From Cyanobacteriota bacterium (GTDB lineage Bacteria; Cyanobacteriota; Cyanobacteriia; Cyanobacteriales; Nostocaceae): 64,000 nucleotides of DNA. The translations under genes were made by a program, and so were the position numbers. The stretch covers positions 1-64,000 of the forward strand of contig JBJOKS010000004.1 of NCBI GenBank assembly GCA_046045965.1, given 5' to 3'. How positions within the stretch are numbered: position 1 is the first letter of the stretch; every line of letters begins with the position of its first letter. Below the pieces are notes generated by a model, which saw only the letters and a list, made by a program, of their open reading frames with translations, was not told where the DNA came from and did not search any database. Below, in pieces: positions 29,730 to 41,072 of the stretch.

Positions 29730-30773
29730 TTGTTAGCAGCTTTACTTTACGGACAAGAAAATTTACGTCTGGAACAAGTCCCAGATCCAACTCCCGCAGA
29801 TGGGGAAGTGGTTATTCAGGTAGGAGCAGCTACTACCTGTGGTACAGATTTGAAGGTGTGGCGACGTGGTGGCCATGCTAGGATGTTGACACCTCCAACG
29901 CTGTTTGGTCATGAAGCAGCAGGAACGGTTGTTGCTGTTGGTGCTGGTGTGAATAACTGGCAGGTAGGTGATCGCATTGTCGCTAATAATTCTGCCCCCT
30001 GCATGAAATGTTTTTTTTGCCAACGTCAAGAATATTCACTTTGTCCAAATTTGACCTGGAATAATGGCACTTTTGCTGAATATCTCAAGATTCCTGCACC
30101 TATTGTCCAGCATAATCTGTTGCAGATCCCCGATGAATTGCCGTTTGCTTTAGCAGCGATGACTGAGCCTTTAGCCTGTGTTCTGCACGGGTTGGGGCGT
30201 TCTCATGTCAAACCTCAAGACCGGGTAGTTGTGCTGGGAGATGGGGCTATTGGGTTAATGTTTGTGGCGGTTTTAGCGGCGGAAAAAAAAGCTGAGGTGT
30301 TGCTGTGGGGGGGTAATGACCAACGGCTAGAAATTGGCAAAAAATTAGCTGCAGCACAGACTTTTAATTATCATCAAGTTGCTGATATTCCTGGTGCAGT
30401 CAAGGAGTTAACTCAAGGCTGGGGTGCAGATGTGGTGATAGAAGCTACCGGAGTTCCTAGTGTTTGGGAAGTAGCGATCGCTTGCGCTCGTCCTGGTGCG
30501 ACTGTAAATTTATTTGGTGGCTGTCCTAGAGATACAACGATTTCAGTCAATACAGAACAGCTACATTATAGTGAATTAACTTTAAAAGGTGTGTTTCACA
30601 ATACTCCTGAATATGTAAAGGCTGCTTTGTCACTCATAGCTAGTAGGAAAATTCCTTTTGAGTTACTCATTAGTGAACAACGCCCATTAAAAGATTTAGA
30701 ACAGGTGTTTACGGATATGAAAGCACGTAAGGTTATTAAGGTGGCGATCTTACCTTCCCATCCCAGTTCTTGA
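29730..30773 (+). CDS. Zinc-dependent alcohol/polyol dehydrogenase (MDR family)
   Basis: CGTD, GHEAAG, CxxCxxC...C and GDGAIG motifs; TTG start. Confidence 0.92.
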   Translation: MLAALLYGQENLRLEQVPDPTPADGEVVIQVGAATTCGTDLKVWRRGGHARMLTPPTLFGHEAAGTVVAVGAGVNNWQVGDRIVANNSAPCMKCFFCQRQEYSLCPNLTWNNGTFAEYLKIPAPIVQHNLLQIPDELPFALAAMTEPLACVLHGLGRSHVKPQDRVVVLGDGAIGLMFVAVLAAEKKAEVLLWGGNDQRLEIGKKLAAAQTFNYHQVADIPGAVKELTQGWGADVVIEATGVPSVWEVAIACARPGATVNLFGGCPRDTTISVNTEQLHYSELTLKGVFHNTPEYVKAALSLIASRKIPFELLISEQRPLKDLEQVFTDMKARKVIKVAILPSHPSS

Positions 30774-30787
30774 TGAATATGGACTCA

Positions 30788-30818
30788 GATCCTCGACTTC
30801 TCAAATAAGTCAGGGATC
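30788..30818. repeat. AGATCCCCGACTT...AAGTCGGGGATCT-type palindromic repeat
   Basis: Related copies at about 38637-38669, 57803-57834 and a half copy at 49962. Confidence 0.7.
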
Positions 30819-30962
30819 TATCTCCTGATCTTGACTTAACTTAGTGGTAATTATTTTAGCTTTGCAGTCCTAACGAAAAGCTCAATCTTGAGATAAAGTT
30901 TAATGCTATGGAAAAGACAGGGAAAACTATTTTCAATGGTGATGTTATTCGTAAATAGGAAA

Positions 30963-31574
30963 ATGATCAAAAAATATCTGCGTAACTTTTTAATTTTTTC
31001 TTGCCCTATTATACCTTACGTATCCTGCGAAATACTGGTAAATTCTCCAGCCCAAGCATTACCAGGACAAAGCACAGAGGAAGTAATCACTTGGATTCAA
31101 GCCCATCCAACTCTTCGCCCTAGAAGTGGGGAAAGATTGTTTGTGAGTAAGAGTGATACAGCAGCCCAAAGGTTCACTTTTCAAGCGTCGGTATTACCAC
31201 CAGGTAAGGTGACATTTACTAAAGACCGCAGCACCATTCGTACTGAACGCATGACTATGTATGATGGTGTTAATGGTGTTACACTTCAGCGCCTTGAGGA
31301 GTCTTTGCGGATCATTTATGGAGTAGATATTTATCAAGACTATAATCGCGCTCAGATAGTTTATGATTATCCTAACCAAAGTGCAATTAATCAAGCAAGG
31401 TTGGCAAAAACCCCAATTCGGGAGGCTTTAACAGGAGAATTACGAGTAGGCGATCGCTACGCCTATTGGATAGAAATTGCTAAACCCAGAGAAGGTAAAG
31501 CTTTGAGTGGGAAGGTAACGGTTTTTCTGAAGTCTGATCTAGACAAGTTAGAAGCAGAACTCAGAACACGTTAG
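30963..31574 (+). CDS. Conserved cyanobacterial hypothetical (secreted) protein
   Basis: Signal-like N-terminus ending PAQA-LPGQ; ORF of typical composition. Confidence 0.75.
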   Translation: MIKKYLRNFLIFSCPIIPYVSCEILVNSPAQALPGQSTEEVITWIQAHPTLRPRSGERLFVSKSDTAAQRFTFQASVLPPGKVTFTKDRSTIRTERMTMYDGVNGVTLQRLEESLRIIYGVDIYQDYNRAQIVYDYPNQSAINQARLAKTPIREALTGELRVGDRYAYWIEIAKPREGKALSGKVTVFLKSDLDKLEAELRTR

Positions 31575-31921
31575 TTGAAACTCCCGGTTTCCCATGTACC
31601 TGAAAAAATACTTTCAGCTGCTAGGGAAATGCGTTGTAAATCTTCTTTTAGCAGTGGCGGCCATTCAATACCTGCTTTGCGTCCTGTAGCAAATAATTGT
31701 AAAGCTCTAATACCCAATTTATATAAGGCCAAGGCTAGTTCTTTATCTAAGCTATTAGCATCTTTTAGAGCTTCAAACACCACTTTTAAGGCTAACAAAA
31801 CGGAGGTAATTTGACCTGGTACTGGTGGTCTTCCTTGTTTTAGGCGATTTAACAAGGTATCTGGGTTTTGATCGGTTGCTGTTTGGTCTATGAGTAGTTT
31901 GCGTGCTATTTCGTAGTTCAT
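31571..31921 (-). CDS. Conserved cyanobacterial hypothetical protein
   Basis: RLKQGRPPVPGQITSVLLALKVVF and WPPLLKEDL; convergent 4-nt stop overlap. Confidence 0.75.
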   Translation of the reverse strand: MNYEIARKLLIDQTATDQNPDTLLNRLKQGRPPVPGQITSVLLALKVVFEALKDANSLDKELALALYKLGIRALQLFATGRKAGIEWPPLLKEDLQRISLAAESIFSGTWETGSFN

Positions 31922-32059
31922 GCATCCAGCTTACCAGAACTAGGGTTAATTAACAGTGTAGGTGAATGTCAAAGCAAAGCTTTAAAAGCAAAAAGCAACC
32001 CACCCCGCACTCGGAATGGGTTACTTTTATTCTTCGCAAATTAAGGATTGATGGGAAGT

Positions 32060-32383
32060 TTAGTAGCGACCACGACCGCCGCCGCCACCACCGTAACCAC
32101 CGCGACCGCCGCCACCACCACCGTAGCCACCACCACGGTCTTCTTTGGGCTTGGCTTTATTAACTTTTAAATCGCGACCCATCCATTCAGCACCATCTAG
32201 TGCTTCAATAGCTGCTGTTTCTTCTGCTTCTGTACCCATTTCCACGAAAGCAAAACCGCGTACACGGCCTGTTTCCCGGTCAGTGGGAATCTGAACACGC
32301 TTTACAGTACCATATTCTGCAAATACGGAAGTTAAAGCATCCTGTGTAACTTCGTAAGAAAGATTACCTACGTAAACTGACAT
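32060..32383 (-). CDS. rbp: RRM RNA-binding protein with glycine-rich tail (Rbp family)
   Basis: MSVYVGNL (RNP2), RGFAFVEM (RNP1), Gly-rich C-terminus. Confidence 0.97.
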   Translation of the reverse strand: MSVYVGNLSYEVTQDALTSVFAEYGTVKRVQIPTDRETGRVRGFAFVEMGTEAEETAAIEALDGAEWMGRDLKVNKAKPKEDRGGGYGGGGGGRGGYGGGGGGRGRY

Positions 32384-32495
32384 ATTATGTCTCCAAAATC
32401 ACGAGTTTGTAGAGATTTAGATTTCGGAGAGCAGTCTGTAAATACCACAAGTAAAAAGCCTGTCAATACTAACAACAAAACGCTAATCGCCGAAT
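32384..32495 (-). promoter_or_regulatory. Conserved rbp 5' leader boxes
   Basis: Minus strand TTCGGCGA ... TCTCCGAA ... TCTCTACA ... TTTGGAGA (RBS) before the ATG. Confidence 0.65.
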
Positions 32496-32830
32496 TAATT
32501 CTCTCTCTCATCATGACATACAAATCAAATTTTTGGGGCAAGACTTTACAAAATTTTCATAAATTTTCTCAAAAATTTTGTCAATCATGCCGGACTGGGT
32601 GCTGGTGAGAATTTTAAGCTGATAACTGAGGGTTGCTCGCTACTTATGATGATTGACATTGTTGAACAAGTTGAAAATGGTGACAGATACAGCGGGAGTC
32701 AGGAGAGGCGAACGGCCGTTCGCCCGTACAGGAGTGAAACAGGCGAATGTGTATAGGGTTCATTTTTTATTCTGTACGTCATTGATCTGCAATCTGCTGT
32801 ATAAAGATGAAAAGCCTATATAGCAAGACT

Positions 32831-33391
32831 TTAACAATCCAAAAAAGTATCAGTCTCAATGCGCTTTTCTAAGTATTGGCCAATCATTAACTGCTCACCA
32901 GCACGGGAAATAATACTTTGTCTGGTGCGATATTTATCACCAATGAGTTTGATTTCTTCCTCAAATACTGAATTATTGTACTCAGTTCGCAAACACAGGG
33001 TTTTCAGGCTGGGAAAATTATATTGAGCGGTGACTGGTTTGGTTGTTGCAAAACCGCGATCGCGATACAAAATATTTCCCAAAGCACCAAACACAGTCTC
33101 ACCACTGGCTTCTTTTTTATTGTTGTGTGAATTGATACTTTCCCAAGTAACTTTTGCACCACAAGTCAAACTTCCTAAATCCAGCAAATCGTGTAACTGA
33201 GCCAAATTTTGCAATTCATCATCCCCCTGTGCCAAAAACCGGATAGTAATAATACTTACTATTTCCTTAGTTTCTCCTGCGGGTAAGGTGTAATAACGCC
33301 GTTCAGAGCGCCATTGACCTTCTGAAGCTTGGAAAAACTCAGCAATCTGCTGTTCATCAGCAGTTTGGGCAATTTTGAGCAGTGATGTCAC
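32831..33391 (-). CDS. CpcS/CpeS-family phycobiliprotein lyase (CpcV-like)
   Basis: EFFQASEGQWRSERRYY, ILYRDRGF, EEEIKL...RTRQS and YLEKR; GTG start. Confidence 0.8.
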   Translation of the reverse strand: MTSLLKIAQTADEQQIAEFFQASEGQWRSERRYYTLPAGETKEIVSIITIRFLAQGDDELQNLAQLHDLLDLGSLTCGAKVTWESINSHNNKKEASGETVFGALGNILYRDRGFATTKPVTAQYNFPSLKTLCLRTEYNNSVFEEEIKLIGDKYRTRQSIISRAGEQLMIGQYLEKRIETDTFLDC

Positions 33392-33888
33392 TTGTTACCT
33401 TCCTCACCTAAAAGTCAAGCAGTTGCTTGGGTGGCTGTACCTGTTTTGCTTTATGTATGACCATGACTGGTCAAAACCCCGCAATATACTATAGCAGTTA
33501 CAAAAGCAATATTTGTTTAATATTCTTAATATATACACCAAAACTTGAAAAATACTAGTTTGTTAGGCACATTTTTAATGATGACTAGGTACTGGATGAA
33601 CTTAATTTAGTGTTGAGCAACTAAATCATGACCTATTTCCTATTACCTATTGCTGGCATAATCTTTATACTAACTTTATAATCTTGGAGATTGTCAGAAA
33701 TTATATACATCTATATCTACAGGATATGGAGAGAATTCTGTCAGTTTTATTGAGTAAAAAAAGTAATTTGGAATACATAAAGAAATAGCATAATTTGACT
33801 GCTACCATTTGTAATTCATACCTATTCCAAATTACTGGCAAATAAATGGCTGTATGAGTGCAAAGACTGCCCAATTGGAGAAAAATTC

Positions 33889-35316
33889 ATGGTTTTGGAC
33901 ACAAATAAGTCACAAAAACAGGTGAAAACATCAACTCCTATAGTTGTCAGCCCAGTGATGAATAAACTGATGAACAAGCAAAATTTATTCATGTTCTGGA
34001 TGCTATTACTGGGATTACTAACAGCCAGTTGTGGTTCATTACCGAAAGAATCAGCCGAAGCTCAATCGAGGCGGCCTGGTGGTGGAGAAAGAGGTAATAG
34101 TGAAACATCTGTAGATGTAGCGATCGCTCGGACAAACCAATTACGTCCCCCAGCAGATTATATAGGTAACACCACCCCATATCGGACGGTATCAGTGCGA
34201 TCGCAAGTAGAAGGAAGACTGCTGTCCTTAAATCTAGATGTGGGAGATACAGTCACACAAGGACAAATCATTAGCCAGTTAGATGATGTTTTGCTGGTAA
34301 CAGCATTACAGCAAGCAGAAGCAGAACTAGCCGCCAGTCAATCAGAAGTAGCCAGAGCGATGACGCAGGTAAGTAATGCTCAAGTAGAAGTCGAAAAGGC
34401 AAAGCTAGAACTGATCCAAGCCCAAGCTGACTCCCAAAGACAGCAACAATTATTGAAAGAAGGAGCAATTTCCGAACAAACTGCCCAACAAACCAGAACC
34501 CAAGCCCAAACAGCCAAACAAACCCTACAAGCGACTATTGAACAAGTTCGCACAGAAAAACAAGCCGTAGCAGCCGCCCAAGGTAGAGTATTTGCCCAAA
34601 AAGCAATAGTTAAAGCCGCTAAAGAACGCCGTTCCTACTCCCGCTTAATCTCCCCCATCGCTGGCGTAGTTACAGAAAAAGTTACAGAACCCGGTAATCT
34701 CCTGCAACCAGGAAGCGAAGTCTTAAAAATTGCTGACTTGAGCCGGATTAAAGTTATAGTTCAAGTTTCTGAATTGGAATTAGCAAAAATACAGGTTGGG
34801 GGATCTGTGCAAGTGCGTTTAGATGCCTTTCCCGATCAAACAATCATAGGTAGAGTAGCGCGTATTTCTCCATCTGCTGATAGCACAGCCCGGTTAATAC
34901 CGATAGAAGTAGTCATTCCCAACAGTGGCGGGAAAATTGGTAGCGGACTACTGGCACGAGTTAATTTTAACACCCAAACACCACAGCGAGTCGTGGTGTC
35001 ACAAACAGCAATTAATGGAACAGATCAACAAACAAAATCAGAAAACAGCACAGGAACGGTATTTATCGTCCAAGAAACCGAAGGTAAATTCAAAGTAAAA
35101 GAGAAATCTGTAACTTTGGGGAAAAAAGCTGATGGGAATGTAGAAGTTCTTTCTGGGTTACAACCAGGAGCAAGTTATGTTGTTCGTAGCAGTAAGCCTT
35201 TAAAAGATGGTGAAATTGTCCAGTTATCAATATTGTCAGAAGGCAGGAGCCAGGAGCCAGGAGGCAGAAGGCAGGAGCCAGGAGCCAGGAGCCAGGAGCC
35301 AGGAGGCAGAAGGTAA
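33889..35316 (+). CDS. RND efflux periplasmic adaptor (lipoprotein)
   Basis: TASC lipobox, VSVRSQVEG, LISPIAGVV, EVLSGLQPG; start may be a later Met. Confidence 0.9.
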   Translation: MVLDTNKSQKQVKTSTPIVVSPVMNKLMNKQNLFMFWMLLLGLLTASCGSLPKESAEAQSRRPGGGERGNSETSVDVAIARTNQLRPPADYIGNTTPYRTVSVRSQVEGRLLSLNLDVGDTVTQGQIISQLDDVLLVTALQQAEAELAASQSEVARAMTQVSNAQVEVEKAKLELIQAQADSQRQQQLLKEGAISEQTAQQTRTQAQTAKQTLQATIEQVRTEKQAVAAAQGRVFAQKAIVKAAKERRSYSRLISPIAGVVTEKVTEPGNLLQPGSEVLKIADLSRIKVIVQVSELELAKIQVGGSVQVRLDAFPDQTIIGRVARISPSADSTARLIPIEVVIPNSGGKIGSGLLARVNFNTQTPQRVVVSQTAINGTDQQTKSENSTGTVFIVQETEGKFKVKEKSVTLGKKADGNVEVLSGLQPGASYVVRSSKPLKDGEIVQLSILSEGRSQEPGGRRQEPGARSQEPGGRR

Positions 35317-35385
35317 GAGAAAGAAACATATTTATTCCCAGTCCCCAGTCCCCAGTCCCCAGTCCCCAGTCCCCAGTCCCCAGTC
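35240..35385. repeat. STRR arrays (AGGAGCC/AGGCAGA)n and (CCCCAGT)n
   Basis: Heptamer tandem units in the adaptor 3' end and intergenic spacer. Confidence 0.9.
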
Positions 35386-35398
35386 ACCTGTGATCAAG

Positions 35399-38300
35399 AT
35401 GCAAACAACAAACAAGAACGGCTTTAGTATTAGCGCCATTTCTATCCGTCAGCATATCGGTACTTTGATGCTGACTTTGGCTGTAATTGTCATGGGCGTA
35501 TTTTTCATTATTCGTTTACCTGTAGATTTACTGCCATCAATTACTTATCCCCGCATTGGTGTGCGAATAGAAGCACCGGGAATTTCTCCAGAAGTAGCAG
35601 TTGATGAAATCACTAAACGTCTAGAAGAAGCTTTTTCAGCAACAGAAGGTGTTATTCAAGTTTTTTCTCAGACCCGTGAAGGTCAAGTGAGTTTAGATTT
35701 GTATTTTCAACCAGGAGGAAATATTGATCAGGCATTGAATGATGCTACAGCTACTTTTAATAGAGCCAGAAATAGATTACCAGATACTATTCAAGAACCG
35801 CGTTTATTCAAAGTCGATCCTTCCCAATTACCAGTTTATGAATTTGCACTCACTTCACCTACTCTTAAAAGTGTTGATTTGCGAGTTTTTGCCCAAGAAG
35901 AATTAGCTCGTGAATTGGGAGTAGTACCAGGTGTAGCGGTAGTAGATGTCTCAGGAGGAGTCCAGGAAGAAATTAAAGTCAATATTGATTTAGAGCGTCT
36001 TCAAGCTATTGGTGTCGGTTTAACTGATGTTTTAAACGAGCTGCAAAATCGTAACCAAGATATTTCTGGAGGTAGAATTTTAGGATCAAATTCTGAACCG
36101 TTAACTCGGACTGTGGGACGCTTTCAAAATGCAGAGGAAATAAACGATCTTTCCTTTGAAGTATCCACATCTAATTCTAATATCACAAATCGCGTTTATT
36201 TGCGTGACTTTGCCCAAGTTATTGACGGTTCAGAAAAACAGCGGGTTTACGTTTTACTCGATGGACAAGAAGCGGTAAAAGTCAGCATTCAAAAACAAGC
36301 AGATGCGAATACCGTCAACGTTGTTGATGGAGTCAAAAAAAGATTAGAAGAACTGAAACAAGCTGGTGTTATTCCTCCCGAAGCAACTTTTACTGCTACT
36401 TTAGATGAATCAATATTTATCCGTAATTCTCTAGCTAATGTTACCACTTCCGGGTTAATTGGTTCAGGGTTAGCAGCAATCGCTGTTCTCCTATTTTTAG
36501 GTTCTCTACGGCAAACTTTCATTATTGTCCTGTCTATTCCCTTAGCAACCTTAGCAGCAATAATTATGATGGGATTATTTGGTTTATCCCTGAATATTTT
36601 TAGCTTAGGTGGTTTAGCATTAGGTGTGGGAATTGTAGTTGATAATTCCATCGTCATGTTAGAAAATATTGCCGAAGGAATTAATCAATCAAAATCACAA
36701 AATCAAACATCAAAATTATCACCTGAGTTGGTTATTCAACAAGCAGCACAAAGCAGTCAGGAAGTTGAATCTGCTTTACTTGCTTCTACCAGTACAAACT
36801 TAGTAGCAGTATTACCATTTTTGTTAATTGGTGGTTTTATTTCATTACTATTTAATGAGTTAATTCTCACCATCAGCTTTTCCGTAGCAGCTTCAATTTT
36901 AATTGCTGTCACCGTTGTCCCCATGTTGACATCGCGGTTATTAGCGTTACCAATTCCTATTTCCCTAACTAATTTTTGGTTTTTCCAGGCATTTAATCGC
37001 CGTTTTGAAGCAGCTACAAGAGCATACAGCAGTTTTCTAACTGGAGTAGTACGGTGGCGGTTATTAACAATTGCGATCGCCATTATTTTATTAGGTGGCG
37101 GTAGTTATTGGATAGCACCTCAACTTCCCCAAGAAATTATTCCCCCCATCAACACCGGACAAGTTAGTTTAATAGCTCAATTTCCCCCCGGTACACCTTT
37201 AGAAACCAACCAAAAAGTGATGAAGGCGGTAGATGATATTCTCCTTCAACAACCAGAAACAGAATATGTTTTCTCCACAGTTGGCGGTTTTCTCTTTGGT
37301 GCTAATAGTACCGCCAACCCCCTGCGGAGTTCCAGCACCATCACCCTGAAACCAAACTCAGATATAGAGAATTATATTGAACGTGTCACCAAAGAATTTA
37401 GCAAGCTGAATTTAGTAGATATTCGTTTGCGTCTTTCCCCTGGTAGAGTGCGGGGTTTAATTCTCAACAACTCTCCTGTTCGTGGTGCTGACGTTGACAT
37501 CATTCTCCAAGGAAATAAATCAGATACTTTAGAAAAAGCCGGTCGTGAATTATTAAAAACCTTAGAAGAGAAAGTCACCGCCGTTAGATTTCGTCCTGAC
37601 GCAGACGCAAGACAACCAGAAATCCAGATTTTACCAAATTGGGAACGAGTTGCAAATGTGGGTTTAAATACCAAAGATATTGGCGATACAATTCAGACCG
37701 CAATTACAGGCAGTATACCGACCCAACTGCAACGCAGTAACCGTTTGATTGATGTGCGAGTTGAGTTAGATAAAGATTCGGTAAAAACAGTTTCTCAGTT
37801 AGAGAGATTACCTTTATTTGTAGATAACAATTACCAAATTCGTTTGAGTGATGTAGCGACAATTGCCGAAGGTCAAGCACCAGGAGAAATTCAACGTATT
37901 AACCAGCGTCAAGTCTTTTTAATTGCTGGTAATTTGGCAGAAGGAGCAAGTCTGAGTCAAGCTTTAAATCAAGTTAATGAAGTCCTCAAAAATGCCGATT
38001 TTCCTCAAGGTATAAGTCTTTTACCCAGTGCCACAGTAGAATCAAATCAACAACTACAAAACTCGCTGCAACTGTTAGGAGGTTTGGCGATCTTTTTAGT
38101 CTTTGTGGTGATGGCTGTACAATACAATTCTCTGATTGACCCTTTGGTAATTCTGTTTACCATTCCTCTAGCATTAGCTGGGGGTATTTTTGGGCTTTAT
38201 ATGACCGAAACTGCCATTGGTGCAACGGTAATTGTGGGTGCAGTTTTATTAGTAGGTATTGTGGTTAATAACGCCATTATTATGGTCGAATTAGCAAATC

Positions 38301-38617
38301 AAATTCGAGAACGAGAACAAATAGATCGTCGTACCGCAATTTTAAAAGCTGCACCCCAACGTTTACGCCCCATTTTAATGACTACAATTACTACAGTTTT
38401 AGGGATGTTTCCCCTAGCTTTGGGAATTGGAGAAGGTTCAGAATTTCTTCAACCTTTGGGTGTGGTAGTCTTTTCTGGGTTGTCTTTAGCAACACTATTA
38501 ACTCTATTTATTATTCCCTGTTTTTATACACTGCTGCACGATGTAATTGGTGGACGTTGGGCAAAACCTGTATTTATCAAATTTCGGATCTGGAAGAAAA
38601 ATTTCAACAAAGCGTAA
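35399..38617 (+). CDS. RND efflux permease (AcrB/AcrD/AcrF family)
   Basis: LPVDLLP, GIVVDNSIV and RLRPILMTT motifs; true start MQTTNK at 35399 after the repeat array. Confidence 0.95.
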   Translation: MQTTNKNGFSISAISIRQHIGTLMLTLAVIVMGVFFIIRLPVDLLPSITYPRIGVRIEAPGISPEVAVDEITKRLEEAFSATEGVIQVFSQTREGQVSLDLYFQPGGNIDQALNDATATFNRARNRLPDTIQEPRLFKVDPSQLPVYEFALTSPTLKSVDLRVFAQEELARELGVVPGVAVVDVSGGVQEEIKVNIDLERLQAIGVGLTDVLNELQNRNQDISGGRILGSNSEPLTRTVGRFQNAEEINDLSFEVSTSNSNITNRVYLRDFAQVIDGSEKQRVYVLLDGQEAVKVSIQKQADANTVNVVDGVKKRLEELKQAGVIPPEATFTATLDESIFIRNSLANVTTSGLIGSGLAAIAVLLFLGSLRQTFIIVLSIPLATLAAIIMMGLFGLSLNIFSLGGLALGVGIVVDNSIVMLENIAEGINQSKSQNQTSKLSPELVIQQAAQSSQEVESALLASTSTNLVAVLPFLLIGGFISLLFNELILTISFSVAASILIAVTVVPMLTSRLLALPIPISLTNFWFFQAFNRRFEAATRAYSSFLTGVVRWRLLTIAIAIILLGGGSYWIAPQLPQEIIPPINTGQVSLIAQFPPGTPLETNQKVMKAVDDILLQQPETEYVFSTVGGFLFGANSTANPLRSSSTITLKPNSDIENYIERVTKEFSKLNLVDIRLRLSPGRVRGLILNNSPVRGADVDIILQGNKSDTLEKAGRELLKTLEEKVTAVRFRPDADARQPEIQILPNWERVANVGLNTKDIGDTIQTAITGSIPTQLQRSNRLIDVRVELDKDSVKTVSQLERLPLFVDNNYQIRLSDVATIAEGQAPGEIQRINQRQVFLIAGNLAEGASLSQALNQVNEVLKNADFPQGISLLPSATVESNQQLQNSLQLLGGLAIFLVFVVMAVQYNSLIDPLVILFTIPLALAGGIFGLYMTETAIGATVIVGAVLLVGIVVNNAIIMVELANQIREREQIDRRTAILKAAPQRLRPILMTTITTVLGMFPLALGIGEGSEFLQPLGVVVFSGLSLATLLTLFIIPCFYTLLHDVIGGRWAKPVFIKFRIWKKNFNKA

Positions 38618-38673
38618 TTCGTAATTCGCCAGAAAAAAATCCCCGCATTCTTCAAGAAGTCGGGGATCTGGGT

Positions 38674-39732
38674 TTAAGTAACTAACTCTTGATACACTGC
38701 TAAAGTTTCCTGATGCACACGGACAACATTTAGCCTTTCTAAATTTTCCTGTGCGCGATATTTCCACTCTTTTAAAACATCTGAGTTACTTAATAAATTT
38801 ACTAATGCTTCAGCTAAAGTTTGACTATCTTTAGCTGGAACTAAAACACCAGCTTGTCCATTATCCAAAGCTTCTGGAATACCGTCTACCTGTGTAGCGA
38901 CAATAGCAGCGCCGGCTTCCCTAGCTTCAGAAATTACTAAAGGACATGGATCACGGTGAGAAGCCAAAACAAAAATATCACAAGCTAGTAAATAACGTTG
39001 TGGTTCGGGTTGGAAACCTTCAAAATGGATGCGGTTACTGACAGAAGTTGCTTTTGCTTGTTCTTTAAATATCTCTTTATCAGGTCCATTTCCCACTAAA
39101 TAAAGATGTGCTGTAGGAAAGTCCAAAGCAATTTTTTCAAAAGCAGCAATTAACTCAGCTATACCTTTACGTTTATACATTCCTGCGACAGTAGCGATCG
39201 CTGGATGTTGTAATTTTAAAGGTTGATAATCGGAAATTTTTTGCGTGCGAGGACTACCCAAAGTTCCATTGTTTACTACGCGCAATTTGTTCTCTAAAAT
39301 ACCACGTCGCGCCATCGAAATTTCCACAGCTTTACTAACAGCAATTACCCGATCAGCTAAACCCATCAATAAACTAGCACGCTGGAATTCATTGTGTACT
39401 GTGGAAACTAAAGCATACTTATTTCTGAATCTCAAAATACTGGCTAAAACTATCCCCGTCATCATGTGAGCATGAACAATATCTGGTTGGAATTCTTGCA
39501 CAATTGTTCGATAACTCACCGATGATTTAAGAATATTTATTGGCTGACGATTTTGATCTAATTTGTAATGTTTAACACCAAATTTATCCAATAATTTTTC
39601 ATATTCTCCACCACCGGAAATTACTGCTACAGTATACCCAGTTTTTGCCTGTAAACAAGCTAAATCCACAGCCACATTAACAATTCCATTTCCGATTTCC
39701 TGAACATGATTCAATATATGTATAATTCGCAT
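38674..39732 (-). CDS. Glycosyltransferase family 4
   Basis: PDIVHAH, RKG, DIFVLAS..DPCPLVISEA motifs. Confidence 0.9.
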   Translation of the reverse strand: MRIIHILNHVQEIGNGIVNVAVDLACLQAKTGYTVAVISGGGEYEKLLDKFGVKHYKLDQNRQPINILKSSVSYRTIVQEFQPDIVHAHMMTGIVLASILRFRNKYALVSTVHNEFQRASLLMGLADRVIAVSKAVEISMARRGILENKLRVVNNGTLGSPRTQKISDYQPLKLQHPAIATVAGMYKRKGIAELIAAFEKIALDFPTAHLYLVGNGPDKEIFKEQAKATSVSNRIHFEGFQPEPQRYLLACDIFVLASHRDPCPLVISEAREAGAAIVATQVDGIPEALDNGQAGVLVPAKDSQTLAEALVNLLSNSDVLKEWKYRAQENLERLNVVRVHQETLAVYQELVT

Positions 39733-40483
39733 GAGCTTTAAAAATGTTCAAGGTTTACAGTTATTTACACTGTTGGAAACAGCAGAAAGACCAAAGATTC
39801 TACACCCTAAAGTTCAATTAAATACAGCAGAAATTATCAGTGTTTAGCAATAAAACAATGTTGATTTTCTAAATTCTGTCATTTATGTAGCTACAATCTA
39901 ATATCAATCCTATTTCTAGGGTTGATTCTCTCTTATTTATAAGTTGTATGTTCTGAGCGGCCATATTTCTGCTCAATCATATACAGCGTGATAAAATTTT
40001 TTATATTTCTCCAGAAATATCTTTTGATTAACTTCAAGTCTCCGAATATTTGGGCAATTAATTTTATTTCTCTTATACATAACTCCTATGCAATTTTTGG
40101 TTATACATAAAATCTCAATGCGTAATGCTTAAAATAAAATATTGATATAATAAATTCGTGCTTTGGATTACTCACAGTCCAGTAATAGATATCAATCCTC
40201 TAAAAATCACTGATTGCAGTCAGCATATACCCCAATATCTGTCAGTCAAGGAGAGGAAAGGAAAGCAAAAACCTTTACCCACATAACAGCAACTTTTTCC
40301 CCAACCAAGTTGAAAGTTTCAGGTTCAAAACAAGAGTCCAGTATTGACTTATACCCAGGAAATAGTCCTGGATGAGTGTATTTTCTAAATAAAAAATCAA
40401 AAATCTCAAATATATATAGACTGTCAGGCAGTAATAGATTTATGATTGATGATCGTGGGTTTTTTTCAGAAAATAGCTAAATT

Positions 40484-40846
40484 ATGAACGCTCAAGAAAT
40501 AATTCGCTCCATCGAAGCGGAACACATCAAAACCGACCTCCCCCAAATTTATGTAGGTGATACAATACGGGTAGGAGTCAAAATTAAAGAAGGTGAGAAA
40601 TACCGCGTCCAACCCTATGAAGGAGTGGTAATTGGTAAGCGCAATGGCGGAATTAACGAAACAATCACCGTCCGTCGAGTTTTTCAAGGTGTAGGCGTTG
40701 AGAGAGTATTTTTGCTGCATTCACCCCGGATTGATAACATCAAGGTTATGCGCCGTGGTAAGGTAAGACGCGCCAAACTATATTATCTGCGCCAGCTATC
40801 TGGTAAGGCCACCCGGATTAAGCAACGGTTTGACCGCGCCCTGTGA
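40484..40846 (+). CDS. rplS: 50S ribosomal protein L19
   Basis: GVERVF...[14 protein letters not shown]. Confidence 0.99.
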   Translation: MNAQEIIRSIEAEHIKTDLPQIYVGDTIRVGVKIKEGEKYRVQPYEGVVIGKRNGGINETITVRRVFQGVGVERVFLLHSPRIDNIKVMRRGKVRRAKLYYLRQLSGKATRIKQRFDRAL

Positions 40847-40999
40847 TTCGGTTGGTCTTAGTAGTAGGACCCAGGAATCTCAAGCTAAAAGCGGCATCTG
40901 CCGCTAATTTGCTTTTTCCAAAAAATTAAGTTACAATAAAAAAGGAATTGTGTTAAACTAAAAAAGTTCAGCGCAATCCCTGAAACAAAAACAGCTTGT

Positions 41000-41072
41000 G
41001 CGCTCTTAGTTCAGTTGGTAGAACGCAGGTCTCCAAAACCTGATGTCGGGGGTTCAAGTCCTCCAGGGCGCG
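41000..41072 (+). tRNA. trnW: tRNA-Trp (CCA)
   Basis: GCGCTCT/AGGGCGC acceptor stem, CAGGT-CTCCAAA-ACCTG anticodon arm, GTTCAAG T-loop; usual position before secE. Confidence 0.97.

Noticed and set aside
35207..35398. 64-aa N-terminal extension of the RND permease
   Set aside because: Translated STRR repeats overlapping the adaptor gene; the real start is ATG 35399.
39733..40483. Long intergenic region before rplS as a hidden gene or RNA
   Set aside because: AT-rich divergent promoter region with no substantial ORF or recognisable structure.
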